A DNA stretch of 50,228 nucleotides from an uncultured Acholeplasmatales bacterium (GCA_905236105.1 CAJOOI010000014.1:1-50228), one strand, 5' to 3'; counted from the stretch's first letter, positions 39,370 to 49,820 are shown. Notes: a model not told the origin generated them from the sequence alone. A program made the numbers and translations.

Positions 39370-41565
39370 ATGAATTATACGAAGTTTGAAGAATTGCTGA
39401 TGTTATCAGGCAGATACATCCATAAAGAAGAATCAATCAATTTAATAAAAAAAGCATATAATTTTGCCAAAGAACATCACGAAGGTCAACTTCGTAAAAG
39501 TGGAGAGCCCTATATCATTCATCCACTAAATGTTGCATGTATCCTGGCAGAAATTAACACAGGTCCCGCAACAATTTGTGCTGGATTATTACATGATGTT
39601 GTAGAAGATACAAATGTAACATTAGAAGAAATTGCAGAAGAATTCAATTCTGATATTGCAGGAATTGTAGATGGTGTAACAAAAGTAGATAAGCTTGTTT
39701 TTACTGATGTTGCAGATAAACAAGCAACCAACCAACAACATATGCTTCTTGCGATGGCAAAAGATATACGTGTTGTAATTGTTAAGCTTGCTGATAGATT
39801 ACATAATATAAGAACACTTGGAGCTTTTAGTGGTTCAGTTGAAAAACAAAAAAGAATTGCCAAAGAAACACTTGATATTTATGCTCCACTTGCACACAAG
39901 CTAGGTATCTTCCGTATTAAAGCTGAGCTTGAAGATACTTCATTAAAATATGTTGATAGAGAAAATTATATAAAAATCACTTCTCAAATAAAAAATGATA
40001 ACTCAGCTCGTATGACTAATATCAATCATACGATATCAGAAATTAAGACTATTCTTGATAAAGAAAATATAAAAGATTATCAAATAAAAGGTCGTATCAA
40101 AAATATTTATAGCATCTATAAAAAAATGATTGGCCAAAATAAAGCATTTAGTGATATATATGATATTCTAGCAATTAGAATTGTAGTTAATACCATAAGT
40201 GAATGTTATCAAGTATTAGGCTTAATTCATGCTCAATATACACCAGTACCAAAACGTTTTAAAGACTATATAGCTGTACCAAAACCAAATATGTATCAAT
40301 CACTACATACCACTGTTATAAGCGAAGATGAATTCACATTTGAAGTTCAAATTCGTACATATGAAATGGATGAAATTGCTGAACTTGGTGTTGCAGCCCA
40401 CTGGGCATACAAAGAAAATGTTGAATATTCAAAAGAAAAAGAACAATTCGAAATTGCATCTAAATTAAAATGGTATGGCGAATTATTAAAATTTACTGAA
40501 GAAGATAAAGATGATAGTGCTAAAGATTATGTAGATGCTGTAAAAGAAGATATCTTAGGATCTAATGTTTATGTATATACTCCAAATGGTGAAGTTGTAG
40601 ATTTACCTAAAGGTGCAACTCCAATTGATTTTGCATATAAGATTCATACTGATTTAGGTAATAAAACAGTAGGAGCTATTGTAAATAACCACATTGTTCC
40701 ATTAAATTATGAACTTAAAAATGGTGATTTAATATCTATTAGAACCAATAAAAATTCATTTGGTCCTTCAGAAAACTGGCTAAAAATAGCTAAAACATCA
40801 CATGCAAAACATAAAATTAAAAACTTCTTAAATAAACAAAATAAAGATGTATTAGTAGCTCAAGGTAAAAATACTGTTTTAGAAGAATTCAAATTTAGCA
40901 AAATATCTCCTGATAATTTAAATGACGAATTTGTTCAAAATAACTTTTCTAAAAATAATGTTTCAACATTAGAAGATTTATATTATGAAGTAGCAAAAGG
41001 TAATTTATCACCTAAGACAGTTGTAATTAAATACAATGGTCAATTCGCCCCTAAAACTGTAGATTTCGAAGAAAAATTATCTAAACATCTAGAAAGAAAT
41101 CAAAGAATACTTACAACTAATAGTGAAACAGGAGTCGTTGTAGAAGGCTTATCAAATCCTCAAATTAAATTAGGTTCATGTTGTAACCCAATTCCAGGTG
41201 ATGATATAGTCGGTTATATTACAAAAGGTTATGGAATTGTAGTTCATCATAAACATTGTAAAAACCTACATACATTCCAAGAAGAAAGATTAATCAAATT
41301 ATATTGGGCAGATAATCCAGGTAGAAAATATCAAGTAAGCATCAAAATAGATGCTGTAGCAAATGAAAATTTATTAGTTGAAATAATAAATACAGTTTCG
41401 GCTTCATCAATGTCTATCTTATCTATTTCAGCCAATAATAAGCCAAATTTAGAAACAGTTGTTAAATTAAAAGTATTAACTGAAAACTTAAACGAACTTG
41501 AAAAGATGATTGTAAATCTTAAGAAAATTAAATATATCATAAATATTGAAAGGGATAATCTATGA
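39370..41565 (+). CDS. relA: Bifunctional (p)ppGpp synthetase/hydrolase Rel
   Basis: RKSGEPYIIHP, HDVVED, KLADRLHN, RFKDY, YQSLHT, EVQIRT, TGS, CC zinc finger, ACT-like C-terminus. Confidence 0.97.
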   Translation: MNYTKFEELLMLSGRYIHKEESINLIKKAYNFAKEHHEGQLRKSGEPYIIHPLNVACILAEINTGPATICAGLLHDVVEDTNVTLEEIAEEFNSDIAGIVDGVTKVDKLVFTDVADKQATNQQHMLLAMAKDIRVVIVKLADRLHNIRTLGAFSGSVEKQKRIAKETLDIYAPLAHKLGIFRIKAELEDTSLKYVDRENYIKITSQIKNDNSARMTNINHTISEIKTILDKENIKDYQIKGRIKNIYSIYKKMIGQNKAFSDIYDILAIRIVVNTISECYQVLGLIHAQYTPVPKRFKDYIAVPKPNMYQSLHTTVISEDEFTFEVQIRTYEMDEIAELGVAAHWAYKENVEYSKEKEQFEIASKLKWYGELLKFTEEDKDDSAKDYVDAVKEDILGSNVYVYTPNGEVVDLPKGATPIDFAYKIHTDLGNKTVGAIVNNHIVPLNYELKNGDLISIRTNKNSFGPSENWLKIAKTSHAKHKIKNFLNKQNKDVLVAQGKNTVLEEFKFSKISPDNLNDEFVQNNFSKNNVSTLEDLYYEVAKGNLSPKTVVIKYNGQFAPKTVDFEEKLSKHLERNQRILTTNSETGVVVEGLSNPQIKLGSCCNPIPGDDIVGYITKGYGIVVHHKHCKNLHTFQEERLIKLYWADNPGRKYQVSIKIDAVANENLLVEIINTVSASSMSILSISANNKPNLETVVKLKVLTENLNELEKMIVNLKKIKYIINIERDNL

Positions 41566-42005
41566 AATTAGTAATCCAAAGAGTATCTTCTTCAAGTTGT
41601 ACAGTTGATAATAAAATAATATCAAGTATCGATAAAGGTTATCTAATATTAATTGGTTTTAAATCTGATGATAATAATTTATTGTTTGATAAATTAGTAA
41701 AAAAAATAATTAATCTTAGAATATTTGAAGATGATGAAGGAAAAATGAATAGATCTATTTTAGATGTTGGTGGTAAAATTCTTCTAATATCACAATTCAC
41801 TTTATATGGTGATGTAAAACATGGCAATCGTCCATCTTTTACAAACGCAATGAAATTTGATGAAGCCAATAAATTATATGAAGAATTATTTCAAAAGCTA
41901 AATGAAAAAATAGAAACCAAAAGAGGCTTGTTTGGAGCTGATATGAAAATTAATCTCCTAAACGATGGCCCAGTAACCATAATTATAGATGGAAATGATT
42001 TATAA
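41562..42005 (+). CDS. dtd: D-aminoacyl-tRNA deacylase
   Basis: VIQRV, LRIFED, SQFTL, NDGPVT. Confidence 0.97.
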   Translation: MKLVIQRVSSSSCTVDNKIISSIDKGYLILIGFKSDDNNLLFDKLVKKIINLRIFEDDEGKMNRSILDVGGKILLISQFTLYGDVKHGNRPSFTNAMKFDEANKLYEELFQKLNEKIETKRGLFGADMKINLLNDGPVTIIIDGNDL

Positions 42006-42020
42006 GGAGGCAGTACAAAT

Positions 42021-43859
42021 ATGAAACAATATGAATTTAACGGAAAAACATTTGATGCACTTGAACCACTAATGCAAGAATACATCGAAAATTATAAATT
42101 AGCTACAGATGATGTAATTGTTAATTACAAAAAATTATTAGCTTTTGTAAGAAAGCTTGCCAAAAAAACAAAAGAAGAGGATAAAGAAGCTAAAATTAAA
42201 GAATACTATACATATTCAAAAAGTAAAAATAGTGTATTAACATTTATTATCTTTGAATTATTAGAAGAAAAAGCTGTTTATATAAATGGTGTTAAATTAT
42301 CATTTGAAGATTTTACTAAAAATCTTAAAACTGTAGATTTATCAAAAAGAAATGTATTAGTTGATTTCTTAAAAGATGGTGGTATTGAAAATACATATTC
42401 TAGAATGCCAGAATATGAATTCTTAAAAACAGATGCAAAATTTTTAGATTCAACTGGTGATACTGAAGAAACAATTAATTATTTAATCAATTATTATGGT
42501 GAAAAATCAGATTCATTTGCTGAAAATTTAAATATTATTTTAAATGAAGATACAAAAGAAAAATTCCGTAAATTTAATCGCTTATTAAAAAATAAAGAAT
42601 TTATTGATTATTTATCACATAAATATGGCTTTACAAATATATCTAAATCATTTAATGATTCATCTAAAGTATTTGAAGTTACAAGAGCTTTATCTAAAGA
42701 AAAAGATATTCCATTAAATAAATTATTAGTTATATTCGATGATGCTTATTTCTTATGGTTACCAGAAAATTACACTAAATATACATATAAGAAAAAAGAA
42801 GCAAAAGCTTTGAAAAAAGAACTTAAAGCTTCTAAAAAATTATTAGCTAAAACATTAAAGAAATATCAAAACAATCTAGGTGAAAGAATTTCTAAAAAAT
42901 CTGAATTAACTCACTTTGATATGATTATTGATTGTTATGCAAAATTAAATAATGATTATTTATTATTCTGTAAATTATATTATAGCAATATGATTATTGC
43001 TAAAAATAGTGATTATAATTTGGATTATAATTATGCAAATGTATTAATTTGCCAAAATTATGCAAACGGCAAAGAATTAACATTAGCAAATGAAACTCCT
43101 AATCCTGTTGAATTAGATGATACATCACTAGATTTTTCAGATTTTTCTAATGTTAAAAATTCAAAATTTGAACAAGACAGAATCCTAAAAGCTAGAAAAA
43201 TTCAAAATAAGAATAATACACTTGCCTTATTTTCAGGTATTACAACTACAATTTTAACAATGCTTACAATTGCATCAGCAATCTATTTGTTATTTGTAAA
43301 AGATTTAGCATTTATGGCAGATTTCTTATCTAAAAATGAATACGAATTTAATGATGTAAGAACATTCATCACAATTCCAGGTGGTTTACTTGTTTTAGGT
43401 ATTGGATTATCAATAGCATTATCAACTAGATCATCTAGAACTGAAGGTCATTTATCTAATTTATTGTTTTTAAAGAAAGCAGAAGAAAATTTAAATATCC
43501 TTACAGTAATGCAAAAAGAAAAATATACAAATCTTAAAAATAAAGAATATCAATTAGAAGCAAATATGAGAAATGGACATTCTTTAATTTCAAGTGCTAC
43601 AATTTTTGTACATTCTTTATCAGTTGCGATATTTGCATTATTTGTTATGTATATATTATCTTATTTCAAAAATTTCCCAATGGAAATAAATTCTGCAGAA
43701 ACATTAATGCCTATATTATTATCATTATTTGTAGGCCCTATTATTACAACAGTATTATTATTCTTTAAAAAGCCTAAAAATAATTGGTTATTATTATTGC
43801 TAGATTTAGTTACAATTGGTATAGTTTTCGCAGCTAACCAATATCTTACAACTCATTAA
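42021..43859 (+). CDS. Uncharacterised protein: soluble N-terminal domain plus about 5 C-terminal TM helices
   Basis: AAGGAGG RBS. C-terminal hydrophobic segments are paralogous to the next gene. Confidence 0.85.
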   Translation: MKQYEFNGKTFDALEPLMQEYIENYKLATDDVIVNYKKLLAFVRKLAKKTKEEDKEAKIKEYYTYSKSKNSVLTFIIFELLEEKAVYINGVKLSFEDFTKNLKTVDLSKRNVLVDFLKDGGIENTYSRMPEYEFLKTDAKFLDSTGDTEETINYLINYYGEKSDSFAENLNIILNEDTKEKFRKFNRLLKNKEFIDYLSHKYGFTNISKSFNDSSKVFEVTRALSKEKDIPLNKLLVIFDDAYFLWLPENYTKYTYKKKEAKALKKELKASKKLLAKTLKKYQNNLGERISKKSELTHFDMIIDCYAKLNNDYLLFCKLYYSNMIIAKNSDYNLDYNYANVLICQNYANGKELTLANETPNPVELDDTSLDFSDFSNVKNSKFEQDRILKARKIQNKNNTLALFSGITTTILTMLTIASAIYLLFVKDLAFMADFLSKNEYEFNDVRTFITIPGGLLVLGIGLSIALSTRSSRTEGHLSNLLFLKKAEENLNILTVMQKEKYTNLKNKEYQLEANMRNGHSLISSATIFVHSLSVAIFALFVMYILSYFKNFPMEINSAETLMPILLSLFVGPIITTVLLFFKKPKNNWLLLLLDLVTIGIVFAANQYLTTH

Positions 43860-43885
43860 TTAAATGGTGATAAGGAGGTATATTA

Positions 43886-44629
43886 ATGATGGAAAACGTA
43901 AGAAACAATGAAGTAATAGAAAATTTAGAATCAAAACAATACAAATTAAGATTAGTAAAAAGATCAGCCGTATTAAACAAAAGACTTGCAACATGGACTT
44001 TAGTTTTATCTATTTTAATTGCTTTAGTTACTGTTGGTAATTTATTATTTGTATGGCTTATTAGCCAATATGAAATAGGCGGTGTTGATTATAATGCTGA
44101 ATATTTCAAAAATAGATTCGCATTAGGTTTTACTGATATCTTACCATATCTTGAAATTGCATTATTTATGTTTATTTTCACTTTTGCAACATCAATTGCT
44201 TTAAGAAAATCAAGTAGACATAAATATTTAAATTTATTAGATTTAGAATACTATTATGAAAATGAAAATAATCCTAATTTAACTGAAGATGAAAATCTAA
44301 AATTAAAAGAAGCAAGATTAGATGCAAATAAAAATGAAAGATTATTAAAATCACCAGAAAATAATTTATTTACATCATTTGTGATTTTATTACATTCTCT
44401 TTCAATTTCTACAGCTGCAATGACTGGAGTATTCATTGTAAGTAATGCCCTATATTCAATCGTGTTTAAAGTAGAATTATATTCTTTCTTTGTAACTATT
44501 TTAGCAGGTCCACTACTTACAACATTATTAATGATATTCCCTAAGAAAAAAAGTGTATCATTGCTACTAGCCTTAGATTGTGTATCTATCATGGCAGTAT
44601 TTGCATTGACTCAATATGTATTTAAATAG
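43886..44629 (+). CDS. Uncharacterised membrane protein (about 5 TM), paralog of upstream C-terminal domain
   Basis: TAAGGAGGT RBS. Shared motifs SIAL..SSR, HSLS, GP..TT.L, LD.V.I..VFA..QY. Confidence 0.85.
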   Translation: MMENVRNNEVIENLESKQYKLRLVKRSAVLNKRLATWTLVLSILIALVTVGNLLFVWLISQYEIGGVDYNAEYFKNRFALGFTDILPYLEIALFMFIFTFATSIALRKSSRHKYLNLLDLEYYYENENNPNLTEDENLKLKEARLDANKNERLLKSPENNLFTSFVILLHSLSISTAAMTGVFIVSNALYSIVFKVELYSFFVTILAGPLLTTLLMIFPKKKSVSLLLALDCVSIMAVFALTQYVFK

Positions 44630-44630
44630 A

Positions 44631-45944
44631 ATGAAGATATATTTAGAAAGTTTAGGCTGTGCAAAAAATCAAGTTGATTCTGAAATGATATTAGGCGCTT
44701 TAAGAAATGAAGCCGAAATAACAATTAACGCAAGTGAAGCCGATTTAATAATCGTAAACACTTGCGCTTTTATTGACGCTGCCAAAGAAGAAGCAATTAA
44801 TAAAATATTAGAATTATCTGATTATAAAAAGAAAGGTGCTAAATTAGTTGTTTGTGGCTGCTTAGCTAAAAGATATAAAGAACAATTAATTACTTTATTA
44901 CCAGAAGTAGATAGATTTATTAGTATAGATGAATATAATTCATTTGGCAAAATAATCAATTCATTAGTAGATGGAAATTACAATATTAAAGATTTCTCAT
45001 TCTTAGATAGAATTGTATTAACTCCTCCATATATGCGCTATATTAGAATATCTGATGGTTGTTATAATAGATGTGCCTTTTGTGCAATTCCTCTTATTAG
45101 AGGAAACCTAGTTAGTAGAAAAATTGAAGATATAGTTGAAGAAGTAAAACTTGCGATAGCAGAAGGTGTTTATGAGATAAACCTTATAAGCCAAGATACA
45201 ACAATGTATGGCAAAGATTTATATAAAAAGCTTGCTATCATAGATTTACTTGAAAAATTGGATAATTTAAAAGGTAATTATAAAATAAGATTATTATATC
45301 TTTATCCAGATATTTTAACTGATGAATTAATTAATTTTATAAAAACATCAAAACATGTAATGCCATATTTTGATGTACCAATTCAACATTCAGAAAATAA
45401 AGTTTTAAAATCAATGAATAGAAGAGGCAATAAAGAATTTTTAATTGAACTATTTAATAAAATTAAAAAAGAAATTCCAAATGCTATCTTACGTACAACA
45501 TTTATAGTTGGTTTTCCTGGTGAGGATGAAAATGATTTTAATAATCTATGTGATTTTATATCAGAAATAAAATTTGATAGATTAGGAGCTTTTACATATT
45601 CACCTGAAGAAGGAACTAAAGGATTTAATATGGAAGGACAAATAGATCCTAACATTAAACAGGCCCGTTATGAAAAATTAATGGCTATTCAAGAAAAGAT
45701 TTCATATGAATTAAACAAGATAAACTTAAATAAAGTTTTTGATGATATATTCATTATAGGATATGATGAAGAATCATTTATGTATAAAGCTAGAAATTAT
45801 TCATATGCTCCAGATGAGATAGATGGAGTGATTTATATCGCTGCTAAAAAAGAACATAAATTAGGCGATATAGTGATGGCTAAAATCCTTGATTGTGATG
45901 CATATTCATTAACAGGAGAAGAAATCTTAAATGAAGAAAATTAA
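44631..45944 (+). CDS. rimO: Ribosomal protein S12 methylthiotransferase RimO
   Basis: SLGCAKNQVDSE, VNTCAFI, GCLAKRY, radical-SAM CYNRCAFCAIP, LYLYP, APDEIDG TRAM end. Confidence 0.93.
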   Translation: MKIYLESLGCAKNQVDSEMILGALRNEAEITINASEADLIIVNTCAFIDAAKEEAINKILELSDYKKKGAKLVVCGCLAKRYKEQLITLLPEVDRFISIDEYNSFGKIINSLVDGNYNIKDFSFLDRIVLTPPYMRYIRISDGCYNRCAFCAIPLIRGNLVSRKIEDIVEEVKLAIAEGVYEINLISQDTTMYGKDLYKKLAIIDLLEKLDNLKGNYKIRLLYLYPDILTDELINFIKTSKHVMPYFDVPIQHSENKVLKSMNRRGNKEFLIELFNKIKKEIPNAILRTTFIVGFPGEDENDFNNLCDFISEIKFDRLGAFTYSPEEGTKGFNMEGQIDPNIKQARYEKLMAIQEKISYELNKINLNKVFDDIFIIGYDEESFMYKARNYSYAPDEIDGVIYIAAKKEHKLGDIVMAKILDCDAYSLTGEEILNEEN

Positions 45945-46491
45945 TGTAGTTTTATATCATCCAGAAATTCCTCAAAATGCTGGAAATATTATGAGAAGTT
46001 GTGTAGCATTTGATGCTAAATTACATCTTATAAGACCATATGGCTTTAATATCAATGATAAAGAATTAAAAAGAAGTGGTCTAGATTATCTAAAATATCT
46101 TGAGCTTGAAGAATATGATGATTTTGATGATTTCCTTTCTAAAAATAAAGGTAATTTTTATTTCTTAACAAGATATGGAAATAAAACACCAAAAGATATT
46201 AAATGGAATGAGACTGAAAATAATATTTATTTATTTTTTGGAGCAGAATCAGTTGGAATTGCATATGATATATTAAAAAAATATCCTAATAATTTATTTA
46301 GAATTCCAATTACTAAAAACGTAAGAAGTATTAATCTTGCAAATACAGTAGCTATTATGCTATATGAAGCATCTATAAATATTCCAAATCAAAATTTATC
46401 AATATATGAGCCTGAAGAATTTAAAGGAAAAAATTTTATCGAAGAAGTAGATTTAAATACTTTAGATTATAAACATAAAGAATGGATTTAA
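45931..46491 (+). CDS. trmL: tRNA (cytidine/uridine-34 2'-O)-methyltransferase TrmL
   Basis: PEIPQNAGNI, LHLIRP, KRSGLDY, FGAESVG, RSINLAN. Confidence 0.93.
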   Translation: MKKINVVLYHPEIPQNAGNIMRSCVAFDAKLHLIRPYGFNINDKELKRSGLDYLKYLELEEYDDFDDFLSKNKGNFYFLTRYGNKTPKDIKWNETENNIYLFFGAESVGIAYDILKKYPNNLFRIPITKNVRSINLANTVAIMLYEASINIPNQNLSIYEPEEFKGKNFIEEVDLNTLDYKHKEWI

Positions 46492-46504
46492 TAATCCATT
46501 TTTT
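46481..46504 (+). terminator. trmL terminator
   Basis: AATGGATT-TAAT-AATCCATT plus T-tract. Confidence 0.65.
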
Positions 46505-46519
46505 ATTTTATAACAAAAG

Positions 46520-46540
46520 AAAAAGTGCCAAAAAGCACTT
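46520..46540 (-). terminator. Terminator of 46539..47858 gene
   Basis: AAGTGC-loop-GCACTT plus T-tract on the minus strand. Confidence 0.65.
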
Positions 46541-47858
46541 AATCTAATTTATAAAATTTATCGCCTTTTTTAATCCATTTATTACCACTATCATCATACC
46601 AATATTCACCAATAGTATTTTGATATAATTCTACTTCATTACCATCACTTGATCTAACTTTAATTTCACTATAATTAGTAACACCTTTAGCCCAAATTAA
46701 AACAAGACCACTAAAAACTAATAATATGATCCACATTACCATTATTTCAGCTAAGATTGGACATAAGAAAGTTAATAAAGCTAATATGAATACAACATAT
46801 ATATTTAATGATTTATTTTTTAATTTCATTAATACATAAAATGAATTTATTAAACCTAATATAAGATAGCCAATAAATCTTATTATTTTTGCAACAACAC
46901 TTCTTTGTTGTTGCTTTGTAGCTTCTTTCATTTTTAATTTAGTTGGATTAAAATTAAATTTTGTTAAAAAATAACCAACAGTTATACCAACTTCACTAGC
47001 AATCATTGTAATAATTATAATAAATTTATCAGTAAATAATTTAAATAATGAAACATGAAGAACGTTTAATGCATCTTTATTTATTATAATTAAGACAATT
47101 GGTAAAATATCAACTAATAACATTAATATGATTGAACAAATAGTACCTATTTTATTAATTTTTTTACTAAAATTAAATGGTGATAACATAAATAAATAGA
47201 TACCAAATGACATTGAAAATGCAACAAACCAGCCACCACTAACCATATTTAATTCTTTAACATCCCATAATACATTAACACCAAATAAAGAAATAAGGCC
47301 TAATATAAAAATAACTAAATAAATAACTGACATAATTACAAATGTAGGCATATTAGTTCTTTTTTCTACTTCACCAGAAAAATAATATGAAACATTTGTT
47401 TCTTTATTATTTTCATCTGCATCAACATCTTGAGGTTCAATTTCATCTTCTTTATGAACAGATTCTAATTCATGTTTAAATTCTTTTGATGTTTCAATTT
47501 GAGGTTTTGGTGCTGCCTTAACTTTAGTTAAAGTAATAATTGAAAATATTGCATATGGGATTCCAGCAAATGAATAAAAGCCAATTATAATAGGCACAAT
47601 GAATAATTGCTTTTTTAATTTGCCTTTGTTATTTAATACTATCGCAAGTATTAAGAATACTAAAATTAATACAGCAATTATAATAAAAATAACTGTAAGC
47701 ACCATAGCCATCATAGAAAATGTTTTTTGATTAGAATTTGAACTACTACCAGGTAATATAGAAAAATAAAATCCAACTAAAAATATTTGTGCTATAACAA
47801 GTGGTATTGTAATAATAGATAATATTATAAAACCTTTAATATTTTGTTTTTCTTGCAT
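46539..47858 (-). CDS. Uncharacterised polytopic membrane protein
   Basis: AAGGAG RBS; about 9-10 hydrophobic segments, an acidic loop and a short aromatic-rich C-terminal domain. Confidence 0.8.
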   Translation of the reverse strand: MQEKQNIKGFIILSIITIPLVIAQIFLVGFYFSILPGSSSNSNQKTFSMMAMVLTVIFIIIAVLILVFLILAIVLNNKGKLKKQLFIVPIIIGFYSFAGIPYAIFSIITLTKVKAAPKPQIETSKEFKHELESVHKEDEIEPQDVDADENNKETNVSYYFSGEVEKRTNMPTFVIMSVIYLVIFILGLISLFGVNVLWDVKELNMVSGGWFVAFSMSFGIYLFMLSPFNFSKKINKIGTICSIILMLLVDILPIVLIIINKDALNVLHVSLFKLFTDKFIIIITMIASEVGITVGYFLTKFNFNPTKLKMKEATKQQQRSVVAKIIRFIGYLILGLINSFYVLMKLKNKSLNIYVVFILALLTFLCPILAEIMVMWIILLVFSGLVLIWAKGVTNYSEIKVRSSDGNEVELYQNTIGEYWYDDSGNKWIKKGDKFYKLD

Positions 47859-47957
47859 GTTTATCTCCTTTATAATTAATTTTAAGATATTTTATCATAA
47901 ATATTTTAAAAAATGATTTCGTTGTAATAAATACATAACTTCTTGCAAAAATTAACC

Positions 47958-47996
47958 AAAAAAAAAGATACTTATGTAAAACATAAGTACCTTTTT
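47958..47996 (-). terminator. Terminator of small membrane protein gene
   Basis: GGTACTTATG-TTTTA-CATAAGTATC plus long T-tract on the minus strand. Confidence 0.8.
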
Positions 47997-48022
47997 CAAA
48001 TAATTTATTTAATATAGAATGA

Positions 48023-48262
48023 CTAATCTTTTTGGAACCAACAAATATGGTTGAATAATAGAATACAAATTAAATCTAATAACCAACCTAAGAATCCAGC
48101 AAAAATTACCCAAAGGATTGCTAAACATAAATGTAACCAATTTTTCTTAGCAATAGCACGGCCAATACGATATACTGCCCAGAAAATATCTAGAATCCAA
48201 ATACAGAAAATAATTTTGCCAAGTCTTGAAAGACCATCCATCCATTTACAATATCCTTGCAT
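48023..48262 (-). CDS. Small Trp/Cys-rich membrane protein (79 aa)
   Basis: AGGAGG RBS before ATG 48262; own promoter (TTGAAA-17-TATAAT, 48290-48318) and terminator. Confidence 0.8.
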   Translation of the reverse strand: MQGYCKWMDGLSRLGKIIFCIWILDIFWAVYRIGRAIAKKNWLHLCLAILWVIFAGFLGWLLDLICILLFNHICWFQKD

Positions 48263-48342
48263 AGAATTCCCTCCTTTTTTCAATTAATTATTATATACTT
48301 ATAAAAAATTTTTTTCAATATACTAAGCATATTTTTATAATT

Positions 48343-48861
48343 TTATTTCCCTGAAGTACTACCAAATCCACCATTTCTAATACCTGTTGTATCATCATCA
48401 AATGTAATACCATATTCAACAAAAATGCCTTGCATAAATGCTTCACCTTTTTTTAAATCTAATATTTTTCCTTCATTTGAATCATTAGTAATTTTAGCAA
48501 ATATATGTCCTTCGTTATCTGAATTATAATAATCGCTATCTATTATACCTACTGTATTATTTAGTTGTAATCTATATTTAAAACCTAATCCACTTCTAGG
48601 ATATAATTTTAAAACATAATTAGGTTCTATATAAACTCTAATACCTGTCGGGATCTTTATAGTTTCACCAGGAGCTAATGTAATATTAAATGGTAAATAA
48701 AAATCATATCCAGCACTGCCAATTGTGGCCCTTCTAGGCTTTTTTAATTCATCATAGATACATTTTACATCTTTATCACTAAAGCCTTCTAAAGAGGCCT
48801 TAAAATTGTCAAATGAGACTATTTCAAATTTAGCTATTTTTTTAAATTCTTTCATAAACAC
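48343..48861 (-). CDS. dut: Trimeric dUTP diphosphatase
   Basis: SAGYDF, PRSG, GIIDSDY, RNGGFGST. Confidence 0.95.
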   Translation of the reverse strand: MFMKEFKKIAKFEIVSFDNFKASLEGFSDKDVKCIYDELKKPRRATIGSAGYDFYLPFNITLAPGETIKIPTGIRVYIEPNYVLKLYPRSGLGFKYRLQLNNTVGIIDSDYYNSDNEGHIFAKITNDSNEGKILDLKKGEAFMQGIFVEYGITFDDDTTGIRNGGFGSTSGK

Positions 48862-48874
48862 TATTTTCCTTTTT

Positions 48875-49759
48875 TTAATTATAGTTTTTTAAAAAATCTT
48901 CTTTTTTTACAAAAGAATGATCACATTTTCTATTTGCATAAACTTCATCATTATGAATTGTTGTTGAAGAAAATGAACCTGAAGATGTATGAAAATTATG
49001 TGCATAATCATCTTGTGTTTCTACGACTTGATTTATTTCATTTCTTAATAACAATTTATTGCCATCATCTTCATAATAAATATTTGTATTTAAAGATATT
49101 CCATATTTTGATAAATCTTTATATTTTTTAGGTACATATAATTTTTTTATATTTGAATTTTTAAAACAACCAAAATGTAATACTGCTTTAGTTGGAATCA
49201 TAAAATTATTTAATTCACAAAAATCTATAAAGCTAGAATTAAATTCATAAGCTGCTTCAGATAAAATTATATTTTTTAAATTAGAACAATATGCAATAGA
49301 AGCCCAAGCTAATGATATTTTATTATTGTTTTTAAAAACAACTTTTTCTAATTTATCGTCAAAATAAAATGCATGATTAGCTATATATAAATTAGTTGAT
49401 AAAATTAAAACATTCTTAAGATTATTATTCTGATAAAATGCATTTGTCGCAATTCTTTTAGTGTTTTCTTTAATTATAACATTTTTAACTTCATCTTTGG
49501 CTTTTACTAAATAAATATAATCATTATTTTTACTTGATAAATATAAACAACCATCAGATTCTTTATAATTAATTTTTAAATATTTAAATTCATAATAGAT
49601 TAATTCAAATAAATCATTATTATCAAAATAAAAATTTTCATCATCTGGGAAAATAAAATCATAAATTTCTTCTTTATCGAATACTGTATCATTAATAAAT
49701 TGGATTATTCTTTCTATTCCACCATTATTATAATATTCATTTAAATCTATTTTTATCAT
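48875..49759 (-). CDS. BspA-type (LRR_5) leucine-rich repeat protein
   Basis: Repeats such as VIIKENTKRIATNAFYQNNNLKNV, IANHAFY, CSNLKNII. GAGG RBS favours ATG 49759. Confidence 0.75.
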   Translation of the reverse strand: MIKIDLNEYYNNGGIERIIQFINDTVFDKEEIYDFIFPDDENFYFDNNDLFELIYYEFKYLKINYKESDGCLYLSSKNNDYIYLVKAKDEVKNVIIKENTKRIATNAFYQNNNLKNVLILSTNLYIANHAFYFDDKLEKVVFKNNNKISLAWASIAYCSNLKNIILSEAAYEFNSSFIDFCELNNFMIPTKAVLHFGCFKNSNIKKLYVPKKYKDLSKYGISLNTNIYYEDDGNKLLLRNEINQVVETQDDYAHNFHTSSGSFSSTTIHNDEVYANRKCDHSFVKKEDFLKNYN

Positions 49760-49820
49760 AATAATCAATTCCTCATTAATATTTATTCGTATTATATAAC
49801 AAAAAGAAATGGAATAAAAT

